A stretch of DNA of 64,000 nucleotides from the human T2T-CHM13v2.0 reference genome, Homo sapiens, in assembly GCF_009914755.1 (NCBI RefSeq), contig NC_060928.1; one strand, written 5' to 3'. Shown one piece after another: positions 14,880 to 26,459 of the stretch. A program made the translations under genes and the position numbers. Numbering within the stretch: the stretch's first letter is position 1; each line of letters starts with the position of its first letter. The notes under the pieces were generated by a model, which saw nothing but the letters and a program-made list of their open reading frames with translations, was not told the origin of the DNA and did no database searches.

Positions 14880-14960
14880 CACTTTGATCAGCTTGCCCCA
14901 GGTCATATATGCATCAAGTATCGGGGCTGTGATTCATTGAGGAATATCTAAGTCCCCTGT
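14880..14960 (-). mobile_element. MIR core fragment
   Basis: 'cttgccccaggtcatatatgcatcaagtatcggggctgtgattc' resembles the MIR core 'cttgcccaaggtcacacagctagtaagtggcagagctgggattc'. Confidence 0.5.
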
Positions 14961-16019
14961 GTGCCACACTGACTTCATCACAGCACTGATGAGCATCCCA
15001 CTAGCCAGGGGACAGTCAGGACTGCCTAGCTTTATGAGGAGACCTTAGTATCCATCAGAGAAATCTATGTTCACTCTGCTAGGTTTCTGCCATGAGGTTG
15101 TGGAAATGTCTTCCATTTATAGCTCAAAACTTTCTCGAATCCACTGGGATCTCAGTACACTCAGGATATTTAAATCTCAGAAGTGTTTGTGAAGGAGTAC
15201 AAAAAGTTGAGAATCGGAAATAAAATATTGGCTTTTAATGGATACAGAAAAAGGAATCTAAGTCATTTGGTCTTAAATTGTTAAACTCCTTTCAGAAAAA
15301 TTTAGTGAACAGTACAAATCCTTCCTTTTATGGTAGGGACTAGAACAGAGCATTCTGCCTTTGTCCCTGGGAAGTGTTTAAATGACAATATTTAGAAAGG
15401 CTTCAGAAAATATATTGAATTACTTAAATTTTTTCAAGAAGAAATGCCCAAAGAAGGGGAAAAAAATCAGAAGTGGGAAAGAGGGGATAGTGAGAGAATA
15501 CCATAATTCATATAGAATGCTTAAAACATTAAAACAAACTAGTATTATAAAAATAATAGAAAAAAATATTGATCTTTAAAGTTTCCTTTCATTAAGGGAT
15601 CTCATAAACTCTATTTTGAGAAGGAGGAGAAAAAGAAGGAATATTAACTCAGGAGTCCAAAATAAATTGGAATTTTAATTTGTAAATATTTTTAAATAAC
15701 ATATAATTTGTTTAAACTCTGAACTATATAATGTAAACATGTATCAACTTGGTTAGGAAGATGATTCTGAGCATTAATATTTATATATGTGATTATATTA
15801 ATGCTCTTGTTTAAGAAACAAGAGAAAATTTTTCTCATTAGTTGGGTTCATTTAAAAAAAAGTGATGCTTGATTGGTTGCCACATACACATAAAAAGCAA
15901 CCAGATTTTTTTTCCGTTAGTTCTAGAGATGTCTTTTTCTATGGCAAGCAGGCAATCTACAGCATTATTTTTTAAAGTCTGACAGACATAGATGAATTAT
16001 TTATTATTTGCTTATTATG

Positions 16020-16240
16020 TCTCAGACATAATTTTGAGTGCCTTAGAATTTTTAAGTCATTTTATGCTCATAAAACTCTATGTCATAATCACCCTGGCAA
16101 ATTGTATGATACACAGATTGATTAGCTAACCTGCCAAAGTACCCATTGAGGAGAAAACCCAGAATCTAACCTCTGGGCTCTGAATGTGGGCTCTGAATGT
16201 AGGCTCTTCTAGACTCTAAACTACTACACTGTACCATTAA
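16020..16240 (-). mobile_element. Degraded MIR with a 13-bp tandem duplication
   Basis: MIR-like 'ctcataaaactctatg...aacctgccaaagt'; GGGCTCTGAATGT x2 at 16175-16200. Confidence 0.45.
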
Positions 16241-16810
16241 GAAAATTTTACTTCAAATTTTTCTAAACTGAAAATTGTCATAAAAAATAAAATAAAACAA
16301 CAACAACAACAAAATTTGGTTGTCATACTTAGCAGCACCTAATAAACAATCTAGCATTAGACCTTATAATGATTATACAAGTTTGAATGGCCTAAACTTT
16401 ATACCAACATTCCAAAACAAGTATGATGTAGATTAGTGTTGAATTCTTTAAAACAAGAGCTCCAACATTCATTGTAAATGGGTGTTGGGCCCTCATATTT
16501 ATTTTATGAAAATTAATCTGAGGTAATTGAATCCATTTTCTGTTACTTACTTCATTATATTTTGAGGTCTCAAAGAGATGGACTTTCAGAAAAGAGAGAT
16601 GAATTTATTTAAGATCAGTTAATTTCTAACTTGAACACAGAATTAGCTTACCTCAACCAAAAATAAATATAGATAAAGAAGAGCATTCTGTAAAATTTTC
16701 AAACTACTCATATGGGTGAAGATAAAGATCCTTTGAGGAAAAAGGATAGGAATTCTCTCATCTCTTTCCAGTCCTACAGTTATATAAGCTATTCCTCTCA
16801 GAATTTAACT

Positions 16811-17033
16811 CCAGGTGTGGTGGCTCACACCTGTAATCCCAGCACTTATAGGAGGCTGAGGCAGGAGGATCTCTTGATGCCAGAATTTCAAGACCAGCCT
16901 GGGCAACATAATAAGACCCTGTGTCTACAAAAAATTAAAAAATTAGCAAGGCATGATTCATACCACTGCACTCCAGCCTAGTCAACAGGGCGAGATCCTG
17001 TCTCTAAAGCTAAAACTAAAATAAAAATAAAAA
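16811..17033 (+). mobile_element. AluJ with an internal right-arm deletion
   Basis: J-type 'ggaggatctcttga' and 'cctgggcaacata'; right arm jumps from 'aaggcatg' to 'ccactgcactccagcc'. Confidence 0.85.
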
Positions 17034-17594
17034 CGTATTGCCCTCTCTTTCAATTATGTTCAGTATTCTTCTACTTATATTCCCAAACTTCCCCCTTAAT
17101 TTTTGCAGGTTGAAACCATGTTACTTCTTTGTCAGAGGCCTGTTTCAATTTCCTATTCAAACTATGTTCAAACATTTATTCTTTCAGTAAAATCTTTCTA
17201 TGAATAACTTATGTCTTTTTATTATGAATGTTTGCTGCTGCCCACATTTTATGTCTATTTTCCTAATACACATTTAATGTTTCCTTGTAGTTTGTTTAGC
17301 CTTTTCGTAGACTGGTCATTTTTATAACATAGGCCTGAAAAGTCACTATTTATGTGTAAGCAAGACTTTTTAGTAAAAACTATTCATAAATTAATGATAA
17401 AAATTCATAAGATCAGTGAAGATAACCCAAAGATATTCTTTCTCACTGTCTCTTTTTCTCAGACACAGACACACAAATATACACAAAAATATTCTGACAT
17501 TTTTAGGAAACATCAAATAATGTACCAAGTTTTGTTCATTTGTTTTATTCATTTTAGACATAATAGAGTAATATATAATGTAATAATCTGTTTT

Positions 17595-17695
17595 CTTTCA
17601 CTGCTTAATTCAACAAATTCCTACTGACAGCCTATGGTTTAGTAGGCATTGATTAGGCTCTCTAAATAGAGTGGAAAACAAAATGAAGTTAGCTT
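17595..17695 (-). mobile_element. L2 3' end
   Basis: 'aattcaacaaattcctactgacagcctatgg...aggcattgattagg'. Confidence 0.55.
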
Positions 17696-18562
17696 AGGAA
17701 AAGTGGTAGTCAGGAGTAAAAAATGTAAAACTGGATTCTTACTACAATTCTCATGGCAAAATAGTTGAAACAAATTAAATTTATAAATTTAAAAATTAAA
17801 GCTCAAAAATGCTTAAATAAAGAATGAGTTAAAATATAATATCTGGAGGATACACCTTTTTATCCAGAACCAATGAAGAAAATTAATAAATCAGAACATA
17901 TTTGTACATATCCTTTGCAATAAAAAAGCCTGTAAAATCTATACAATTTTATGATGAAATATAATTTGGCATATACATAGTAATCAAAATTATAATTATA
18001 AACAAAAGTCTGTAATATACAGATGTATCTTAATATTATATAAGAAAGAGTCAAATAATTCACAATTAGCATAGCATATAAGCAGAAGATTCAACAAAAT
18101 ACAAAAAGCTAAGATTGATTTATAAACATGAATTGAGAACAAAAGGAAATGAGACCTCAACAAAATCAAAATCAAATCCATAAACATATAAAAAGGATTA
18201 TATACCATAACTAATTGGGATTTATCCCACGAATCCAAGGTTGATCTAACATCTAAAAATTAATTAATATGTTACACCATGTCAATTGAATAAAAGGATA
18301 TTATTATACATAAGCATCTCAACAGATACATAAGAAGCTTTTTAAGAAATACAACACTGTGTTATGAAAAAAGTATTCAGCAAACTAGTACGAGAAGAGA
18401 ACTTCCTTAATTTGATATTGGCATCTACAAAAACCAAAACGAAACAACCAGGAGTTAATATACTTAGTGGTGAAAAAGTGAATGCTGTCCCCTAAGGTCA
18501 GGAGAAGACAAAGATGTGTAAACTTGCCAATTCTATTCAACACTGGAGATTCTAGCCAGTGT

Positions 18563-18660
18563 GGAAGGAAGGAAGGAAGGAAAGAAGGAAGGAAGGAAGG
18601 AAAGGAGGGAGGGAAAGGGAGAGGAAGGAACTGGAGGGGAGGGGAGGGAAGGAAGAAAAG
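18563..18660. repeat. (GGAA)n / polypurine tract
   Basis: (GGAA)5 AGAA (GGAA)4 followed by a GGGA-rich tract. Confidence 0.9.
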
Positions 18661-19328
18661 AAAAAATGAAATAAAAGATATTCAGATAAGAAAAGAAGAA
18701 GTAATACTATTTACATATAGAAAACCATAAGAAATCCATACCAAAAAACTATTAGAACTAATAAGCAAGTACAGCAACATTTCAGGGTATAAGATCAATA
18801 CATAAAATAAATTGTATTTTCATACATCAAAGATTAACAGCTTCAAGACAAAATTAAGAAAACAATTCCATTTATAATAGCATTAAACGAATAAAATTTC
18901 AGAAAGAAAAAAAGACAACCTTTAGAAGAAAATATTTGCAAATCATATAAATTGTATCTAGAGTATGTAACTAACTCCGATAAGTCAATAATAAAAAAAA
19001 ATACTAAATGGGCAAAGGTTTTAGACATTCTCCAAAAATATACAAATGACCAAGAAGCACATGTAAAGATGCTTAACATCATTAGTCATTAAGATCAAGT
19101 GGCTGCAAATCAAAACTACAATGATGTACTTCACAGCTACTAGAATGGCTATTATCAGAAAGATAGAAAATAACATGTTTTTCAATGAAACGGAGAAATT
19201 GGAAACTTCATATATTGCTGTTGAGAATGTAAAATGATACATCTGCCTTCGGTAACAGTTTGGCAGTTCCTCAAAATGTTAAACATAGAATTGTCATAGA
19301 ACACAGCCATTCCACTCCTAGTTATCTA

Positions 19329-19409
19329 TTAAGTTGATGCAAAAGTAACTGCGGTTCTTTGCCATCATTTTCAATGGCAAAAACCACGATTACTTTTGCA
19401 CCAACCTAA
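19329..19409. mobile_element. MADE1 (Hsmar1-derived MITE), full length
   Basis: About 80-bp palindrome TTAAGTTGATGCAAAAGTAACTGCGG...CCACGATTACTTTTGCACCAACCTAA, flanked by a TA duplication. Confidence 0.95.
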
Positions 19410-20299
19410 TAGTAAAGAGGAATGAAAACATTTGTCAACACACAAAAAACTTATATGTCCTTAGCAGCATTATATATAACAGCCAAAAAGTGAAAACCAT
19501 TTAAACGTCCATCAATTGATGAATGGATAAATAAATGTGGTATATCCTTACAATGAAATATTATTCACCCATAAAAATAAACCAAATAATGACACATGCT
19601 ACACCGTGGAAGAACCTTGAGAACATCATTGTAAGTGAAATAAGCCAGTCACAAAAGGCCACATATTGTCCTATTCAATTTATATGTACAGAATAAGAAA
19701 AGCTATACAGACAGAAAGTGCATTAGTAATATTTTAGGCAATGGAGTTTGAAGACAAATGGGTTGCAACTGCTAGTGGGAATAAGATTTTATTTTAAGAT
19801 GATAAAAGGTTCTGAAATTGATTATGGCAATTGGTTGCACAAATCTGGGAATATATTAAATTGAATTGAATTGTGTACTTTAAATCGGTGAATTGTAGGT
19901 TACTTAATTACATCTCCATAAACCTGCTTTTTAAAAAGAAATGAGACTTTTTAAAATATATCTGATTGGCAAAGATGTATTTGTTATAGAAAATATTTAG
20001 ATGCTATGAAAAGATGCTGTGAACTCAGCGATATTCAAAAAACTTTTGAGAGATCAGTTGGAAAAAAATTTCCAAAATTTAAAGAAGTATATTTTGAATT
20101 AGCAATTTCTATGATTCTTTTTAATCAGGTACTGGCTACACAGATTGTTATATGTTTATACAATGTTTTCTATGCAGCCATTGCAAAGGAAGGGGAGGCT
20201 TCTTGAGACTAATTTTTTCATCATATAATTACCACAAATTACCCCAATTTGTAAGAGCCAGTTACACACTTTGTGTGACTCCCGTATATTTCTTGAATA

Positions 20300-22330
20300 T
20301 CTGAAGACAGAGCACTCTTTCTTTCGTTTCCCTTCCTTCCTATTCTCACCTTTCTCTGCCTCATTTTCTCTCTCCAATACTTCTTCTATCATAGTTCTTA
20401 ATAATTTCAATATCCACAGTGATGTCTCTTCATGTAACCCTCTTTTTTATCTTATTTTTATCTCATAAACTTAAGACCTACATTTCTAATAATCGTATAC
20501 CGCTTTGTAGTAACAATTTCAGGCTTCTCATTTGCAAATTTCTAGATCAATTCCTGAATTCCCTCATTTCAAAAATTTATCCACATCACTGGGATTGCCC
20601 TGCCATTGACCTGCTATATTTTTCTGCCCTTCACCCATTTCGTGTGCTTTTTTCCATCATTTTCCAGCTTAGATTTCATGATCCATCATTAGAATTGCCC
20701 CTTTGCTTTTCACCCTATTCCCTTGGCACTTTCTTCAGTGCATATAGCTGCTAAAACCTCAAATCTAGATAAATTCAATTATCTGTTCATTCAGCATCTA
20801 CAACCTGCAATGTAACTGAAGCAGAATTCAAAACCATACTAACTTACACCATAGCTTGTATTGTTTATCACAAACCTCAGGTGGTCTGTTAGTGCTGTCA
20901 AGTAACCCCTGCACACTTTTTTCCCCAGACCTCAATAACTATATCTACTCTATCCTCACTTCCCAAACTTTCAGTAATATTTTCTCTCATTTTTTTTATT
21001 TTTAGATGATACCCTTGTTTTTTATTTTGCTTTAAAAAGTAATACTTTCAAGAGGAATTCTAAACATTATCGCACAAATATCTACAAAGCTACCAGTCCG
21101 TGTGCTCATTTCACTTTTTCCGTGGATTTTGTTCCGTTGTTTTGCCAAAACCTTCGTTTACACAATGGATTGCATTGTCTTTGGTCACTAAAAGACAATT
21201 GTCCTCTTTTCTGTTTTCTGCATCTCATTTTTTTCCATTCAAACCAAATAATTGCCATCATGCCCTATTATACTCAATCTTTTTTAAAAAACCCAGGCAC
21301 TTCATTGCTCTACAGCAACCTTTTTTTTTTTTCACTTTTTTTTTTAAAGGGAAACACTGAAAATATTTGTCAATACTTTGTGCCTCCACTTATTTTCATC
21401 CTTTGCCCTCCTGAATTCATTCCAGTCAGACTTGTCTTCACCTTTTCACTGAAACTCCACATGACAAGATCACCCATGGGCTTCACTTTTACCAATACAT
21501 GGTCAATTCTCTGTCTGGATTTTATTCAACTTAGCAATGGCATTTGATTTTTTTATCACTTCCTTCTTTTTGAACACTTGCTTACCTTATTTTGCCAGGT
21601 TTCTACCCCATCTAAATGGATTCTACTTCTTTGTCTACTTTTTAACTAACTTCTAATATTGATGTTTCTCTGAATTCAATCTTTGGACAACTTCCTTTTT
21701 TATCTCTGCTTATTGCCTAGAGAATCTTATCTTACAATTCTTAAATTGATTTCTCCAGTTCAAATCCCCTATACTCCAGGCTCATATACTCTCAACATCT
21801 CAAAATTAATATTTCCAAAATTAGCGTTTTGATTGCCACTCACTGCTTGCACAAATTTATCTCCTCTCCCCATCTTTTCCTATTCAATAAATGGCAGCTC
21901 CATTCTTCTCATCTTTGGGTTATTATCTTAGAAGTCAGACTCTTCTCTTTTTATCTTAACCTCCAGTCAATCCATCCAAATCTTCCCACAACTTCCTTTA
22001 AAACATTTCCAGAATTAAATCTCTTTTCAACACTGTCACCATCATCTCTTGCCTTTTCTATGGCAATTACTTCCCAATTGGTTTCTGTATTGCATGTGGT
22101 TCTCTGATCAATTTTCTTTACAGATGCCCAGGTATTGTTTTTAACACTTAAATTAGATCTTTTCTGTCCTCTACTAAAAGTGCTTCAGGAATTCCCATAA
22201 CCCATAGGAACTTCCAAAACCTCTGTGACTTCAACTCATCACTTTCCATCATAGCATCAGCTTTACTCCAGTACACTAAGCATATTCAACCTAGAGCCTT
22301 TGCAAAGGCCATTCTAAATGCAATTCCCCT
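20300..22330 (+). mobile_element. Long L2 fragment
   Basis: Endonuclease-like IVLNNFNIH (GDFNIH motif) near 20390; L2 motifs 'aataaatggcagctccattctt', 'agagcctttgca'. Confidence 0.8.
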
Positions 22331-22669
22331 TGGTGAGGATCATTCTGGGCCACGCTGAAATAATATTTTCCTAGGTCTGATAATCTAAGTTTATTGAAAG
22401 GAGTGGGTTTTTTAATATTTTTTTTCCACTACAGTAAACCGAACTGGGCTGGAACCACATGAAATAAATTATAGGATATATAAACAAAGTGTAATAGACA
22501 ATTTTCTATTAAGTAAAAATTAAGTTGCACAAAAATACTCAATACACTACATGTTATATCTAGATAGACAAGTATATACATGGATGGAAATTTTCTGGAA
22601 AAATACACAGGAAAATGTTGTGACCATTTACCATTTAGTAATACAGCTATAAGTAAATTAATTAGAAGT

Positions 22670-23110
22670 AATTTTGAATGACAGTGTCAAAATCCAAGTC
22701 AAACTAAGGTAAATTAAAAGAGGAATATTGCTTCCATTAATACACAAATTTATCACTAGAAAGAGCAAGTGTGTATTAGCCCCAGTAAATCATAGAAACT
22801 TAAATAAATGGAGAATTTCCTCCTTCTGCCTCTTAAAAAATCTGGTTCTTCTTCATGTATTAACATCATTATATCAAATCCAGTTTATCCACAAAGCAGG
22901 GTAATACTAGCACCTAAAGATCTGGATTTACTTTCTTACAGTCTCATGACCACTGGCTAGTGTCATGTAAAATGCAATTATTGGGACCCATGTGCTCAGT
23001 TCCTGAGATAGTCATTATGATGAAGAAAGCTAAAGTAATATATTTGACTTTGTGCCATATGCCCACAAATATGGCCATTGAGGAGAGGTCTGTTACCAGA
23101 AGATGGATAA
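22670..23110 (-). mobile_element. Old MLT1 (J/K-like) LTR fragment
   Basis: 'aaaatccaagtcaaactaaggtaaattaaaagaggaat' resembles MLT1K 'aacccaactcaaactagcttaagcaaaaaggaat'. Confidence 0.45.
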
Positions 23111-24509
23111 TGATTATATATAAACTAAAGGTAGCTGAAAGAGAAAAATGTAACCCTAGATGCACTATTTTAGAGTTTCCCATATGTCCACATACTACCG
23201 CCATTCAAAAACAAAACAAAACAATAAAAGCAGCATATAAGAAGTAGAAACTGATAAATATTTCCCATCTAAATGGGTAGAATATGGATCCAACCCTCTT
23301 GTTACCCTTTTTTAAAAATAAATTTCAGTATAAAATGGCCAAAAGTGGATGACTTCCTTGGGTATTACTTTCTGTGACAAATTTATTGTTGTCACACAAA
23401 GGGTTGACACAACTAGTTGCCTCCCAATGTCTGTTTTCCTCCATTTCCCTAGGAAAAAAATCAAGGAGAGCTTATCCACATGGTTCTCTCCATCAAGTCC
23501 AAATGTGTTTCCTACTGATGTGGTGCCTTATGAATTAACAACACAAGTTAGGTGTTCTTCTAAAGGCATTCAAAATAAAAAAATGATAGCACAAGTTTGC
23601 AACCATAATAAAACTATTTTCCAGGAAATACGACAACGGGAGATATATAGCAAACACTGTGAAGGCCCCTACCCAGGGAATTCGAGAAATTTGTGTTCAT
23701 TGGTTCATAATTCTGCTTTCTGCTAGGAACTCTTAAATTCACATTTTTCTTTAGCTCCTGGATTCTCTTCCCAAAAGTTTCTTCCCTTTCTATTATCACT
23801 ATTTTAAAAGTGAGAGTTAGTGAATATCCTCTTTTTGGTGGATGCACAGCTTTCTAAGTTGAATTTCAGCTTGAGAGTGATCGAAAGTCCAAGGGCATTA
23901 TTTTAGGTCTTAAATCCTCGAAGATATTTTATTGATAGCACATCTCAGGTTCTAATCTATTTTTCTTCCAGTCAGTTCCATGTGTCAATAACCCTTTCCA
24001 AAGAAGTTCTTTTTGAGACAACTGGTTTCAGATCTGTCTTTCTTATTATTTATTAATTTTTGCTTTCTTACCCTCATACCCCCCACCTCTTTCATGATAG
24101 CTACATTAAGGCTATCAGGCTTGAAAGAAAAGACTGTGCCCTTAATTGGGTTCTTGTTCTGCATTAATTAAGTTTATTGGGACTTTATTGCTCAAATGTT
24201 TTATCCCATACCTGGAAACATTTTCCAATTGATCAAACCTCTAAATTGAGGGATTCTGTGTCTTTCCATTTTTGTTTATGACTTGGTTGTTTCCTAATTA
24301 TGTTTCTATATTATTAATCTGCCAAACACAACCAACAGTAGTCAACACACAAACAGCCTGCCGCCCCATTATATCAGGCCACAATATTACTCTTTGGCCT
24401 GGATCTAATATGGGTTGCCAATTTTTGAGATTCTAATTGGTTTCTCCAGTGCTTTAGCCAACTGCTACACCAACACCATATGAAGGATAAAAGTAAGGCA
24501 TCACTTAAC

Positions 24510-24860
24510 TTTAAGTTAGCAAGGATAGAATAAGCTATTCTGCAATAAGAAATAAACTTTAAAATCTTACTGTCTTGGTAGAAAAATATATTTTTTCTCT
24601 CTCACCTCAGAGTCTAATGTGAGTGAGAAGTCTTCTTTCATCTTATGGCTGTGCAATCTGGAATATGAAGCCTCCAAGGTCACCACAGCAGAGATGAGTC
24701 AAGCAAGACCTAGAAAAATGAAGGTGGTACATCAGGTTTTCACTTCCTCTGTGTAGAAATTATATTCTTTACTCTTGCTCACATTTCCTTGACACAACTA
24801 GTTAAATGATTCTTATACAGAAACATAGGATATTTGATGATTACTAAAGTTTATTTCATA
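24510..24860 (-). mobile_element. Old MLT1 (L-like) LTR
   Basis: 'aggatagaataagctattctgcaataagaaataaac', 'gcctccaaggtcaccacagcag', 'gctcacatttccttgacacaactagt'. Confidence 0.6.
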
Positions 24861-25204
24861 GCTCTAATAATAATAAACTTTCTAGAAAAGTTCAGCTCCA
24901 TTTCTTCCCATGTATTTGCCTATTCTATTTTACATTTTACTGGATCAATTCTGTTCTCACTCTTCTTATGAAAAAACATCCCTTGTCTAATCATAACTCC
25001 ATACTCAGAAGTTTCTTTCTACAAGGGTGCTGAGAACATGGAATGAAACAACAAATTGCAACTGACTTCTCATTCTGCACCATCCACATTTTTCTCTAGA
25101 AATAGCAGTTATGACCAAAGCAGTCCTCTCTGGAATTCTGACTCTTTCTATTTCATTCCTATTGATTTGTGCACTGCTCTAAGTAAAATCTTCAAGGAGT
25201 CATC

Positions 25205-25425
25205 TGTGATGTCAGGAAAGATCATGGGATTTGATGTGAGAAAACTCCTAAACATGTAGCTCACTAGATCGTTAACACTGGACAAATCATTCAATTTCTC
25301 CTGACCTTAAAATCTTCTTCCTTAAAATGATACTTCCTTAAAATGAGATTTCAGTAATAGGTCTATTGTGGGTTTAAGAAAGATAATGTATATAAAAGAG
25401 CTATGTGTTCTGTAAAACATTGTGT
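25205..25425 (+). mobile_element. MIR
   Basis: 'ctggacaaatcattcaatttctcctgacctt' and 'gataatgtatataaaagagct'; contains CTTCCTTAAAATGA twice. Confidence 0.65.
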
Positions 25426-25529
25426 GAAAGACTATTTTAAAAATAATCAATAGTATTAAACCTGGATAGTCTAGTTGGCAAATTAAAGACCAAATTAAAT
25501 AATGACTTGCATACCCCCAAATTTCCAAA

Positions 25530-25843
25530 GTTGTATCAAGATACAATTTGCCAACCACAAAATTTACCCTTTTACCTGTACATTTCAGTCATTTTGTTTT
25601 TAGTATATTCATAAAGTTGTGCAACCATCCCTAATGTCTAATTTTAGAGCATTTTAATCTCCCCAAAAAGAAATTTCTTGCTCATTAGCAGTCATTCCCC
25701 ATTCCCCCGGGCAACTACTAGTTTAACTTCTGTCTCCACAAATTTGCCTATTCTCAACAGCTTGTATAAATGGAATTATACAATGTGTGCTCTTTTGTGA
25801 CTATCATCTTTCAGTGGGCCTCATGTTTTCAAGGTCCATGTGT
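25530..25843 (-). mobile_element. L1MB 3' end
   Basis: 'tttagtatattcataaagttgtgcaaccatc...cattagcagtcattcccc...tttgcctattct'. Confidence 0.85.
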
Positions 25844-26417
25844 TGGACCTTCTTAAGACTCTTAATCACCAGCAGGAGGTACCAGAAACAAGAGTAGATC
25901 ACTGTATGAATTAGGGATAAAAATTTATCTTTGGGCTACAATACTTGTTCTGTGTCCTGAAAATCATTCCACCTATTACAAATTTTGTAGGAAACCATAG
26001 CTTCTTAAGTTTTTCTTCTTGTGGAATTGGGAATGAGACAACTAATTATATGTAACGAACTGCCGTATAATCTCCAGCATTTATATTCTAACATTTTTAG
26101 TCTGGACTTCATAAAAACAGTTCAATTTGTATTACTTATTGCAAGATATACAGTTATTGATCATTTACATTTGAATTTATTTTTATAATTTTAGAAAATT
26201 TAAGAAGGAAATGAATATTTTGCATTTTATAAATCAAAAAAATAATAATGAATAGCTACATAAGTAGGAGGTTGAAATGTGTAAAGAAACTAAAAACTCA
26301 AGGTTGTGATTTTCTAGTGCTTACAAAATAAAGCTGATTTTTTTGACATCTAGCTAACACCGTTTATTAATCTATGCATAAAGCAGATGATTTTTCTTTT
26401 GCCAAATTCTATTTTAC

Positions 26418-26459
26418 CTGCCACCAAGAAGGGCGGAGACAGTGCCTGCGGGGTTCAGG
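26418..26459 (-). other. Candidate 42-nt internal exon
   Basis: tatgttttcag|CCTGAACCCCGCAGGCACTGTCTCCGCCCTTCTTGGTGGCAG|gtaaaa; a GC-rich block bounded exactly by AG/GT within AT-rich unique DNA. Confidence 0.5.

Larger units (their letters stand above)
18050..19935 (+). mobile_element. L1MB ORF2 fragment and 3'UTR, internally deleted near 18.9 kb
   Basis: ORF2 motifs 'gggatttatccc', 'cccctaaggtcaggagaagacaaagatg'; L1MB 3'UTR 'aagccagtcacaaaaggccacatattg'. Confidence 0.85.

Noticed and set aside
23373-23396. 8-bp inverted repeat TGTGACAA...TTGTCACA
   Set aside because: Short enough to be expected by chance in 64 kb
26419-26437. CTCF-like CCACCAAGAAGGGCGG
   Set aside because: Spacing does not fit the CCASYAGRKGGC core
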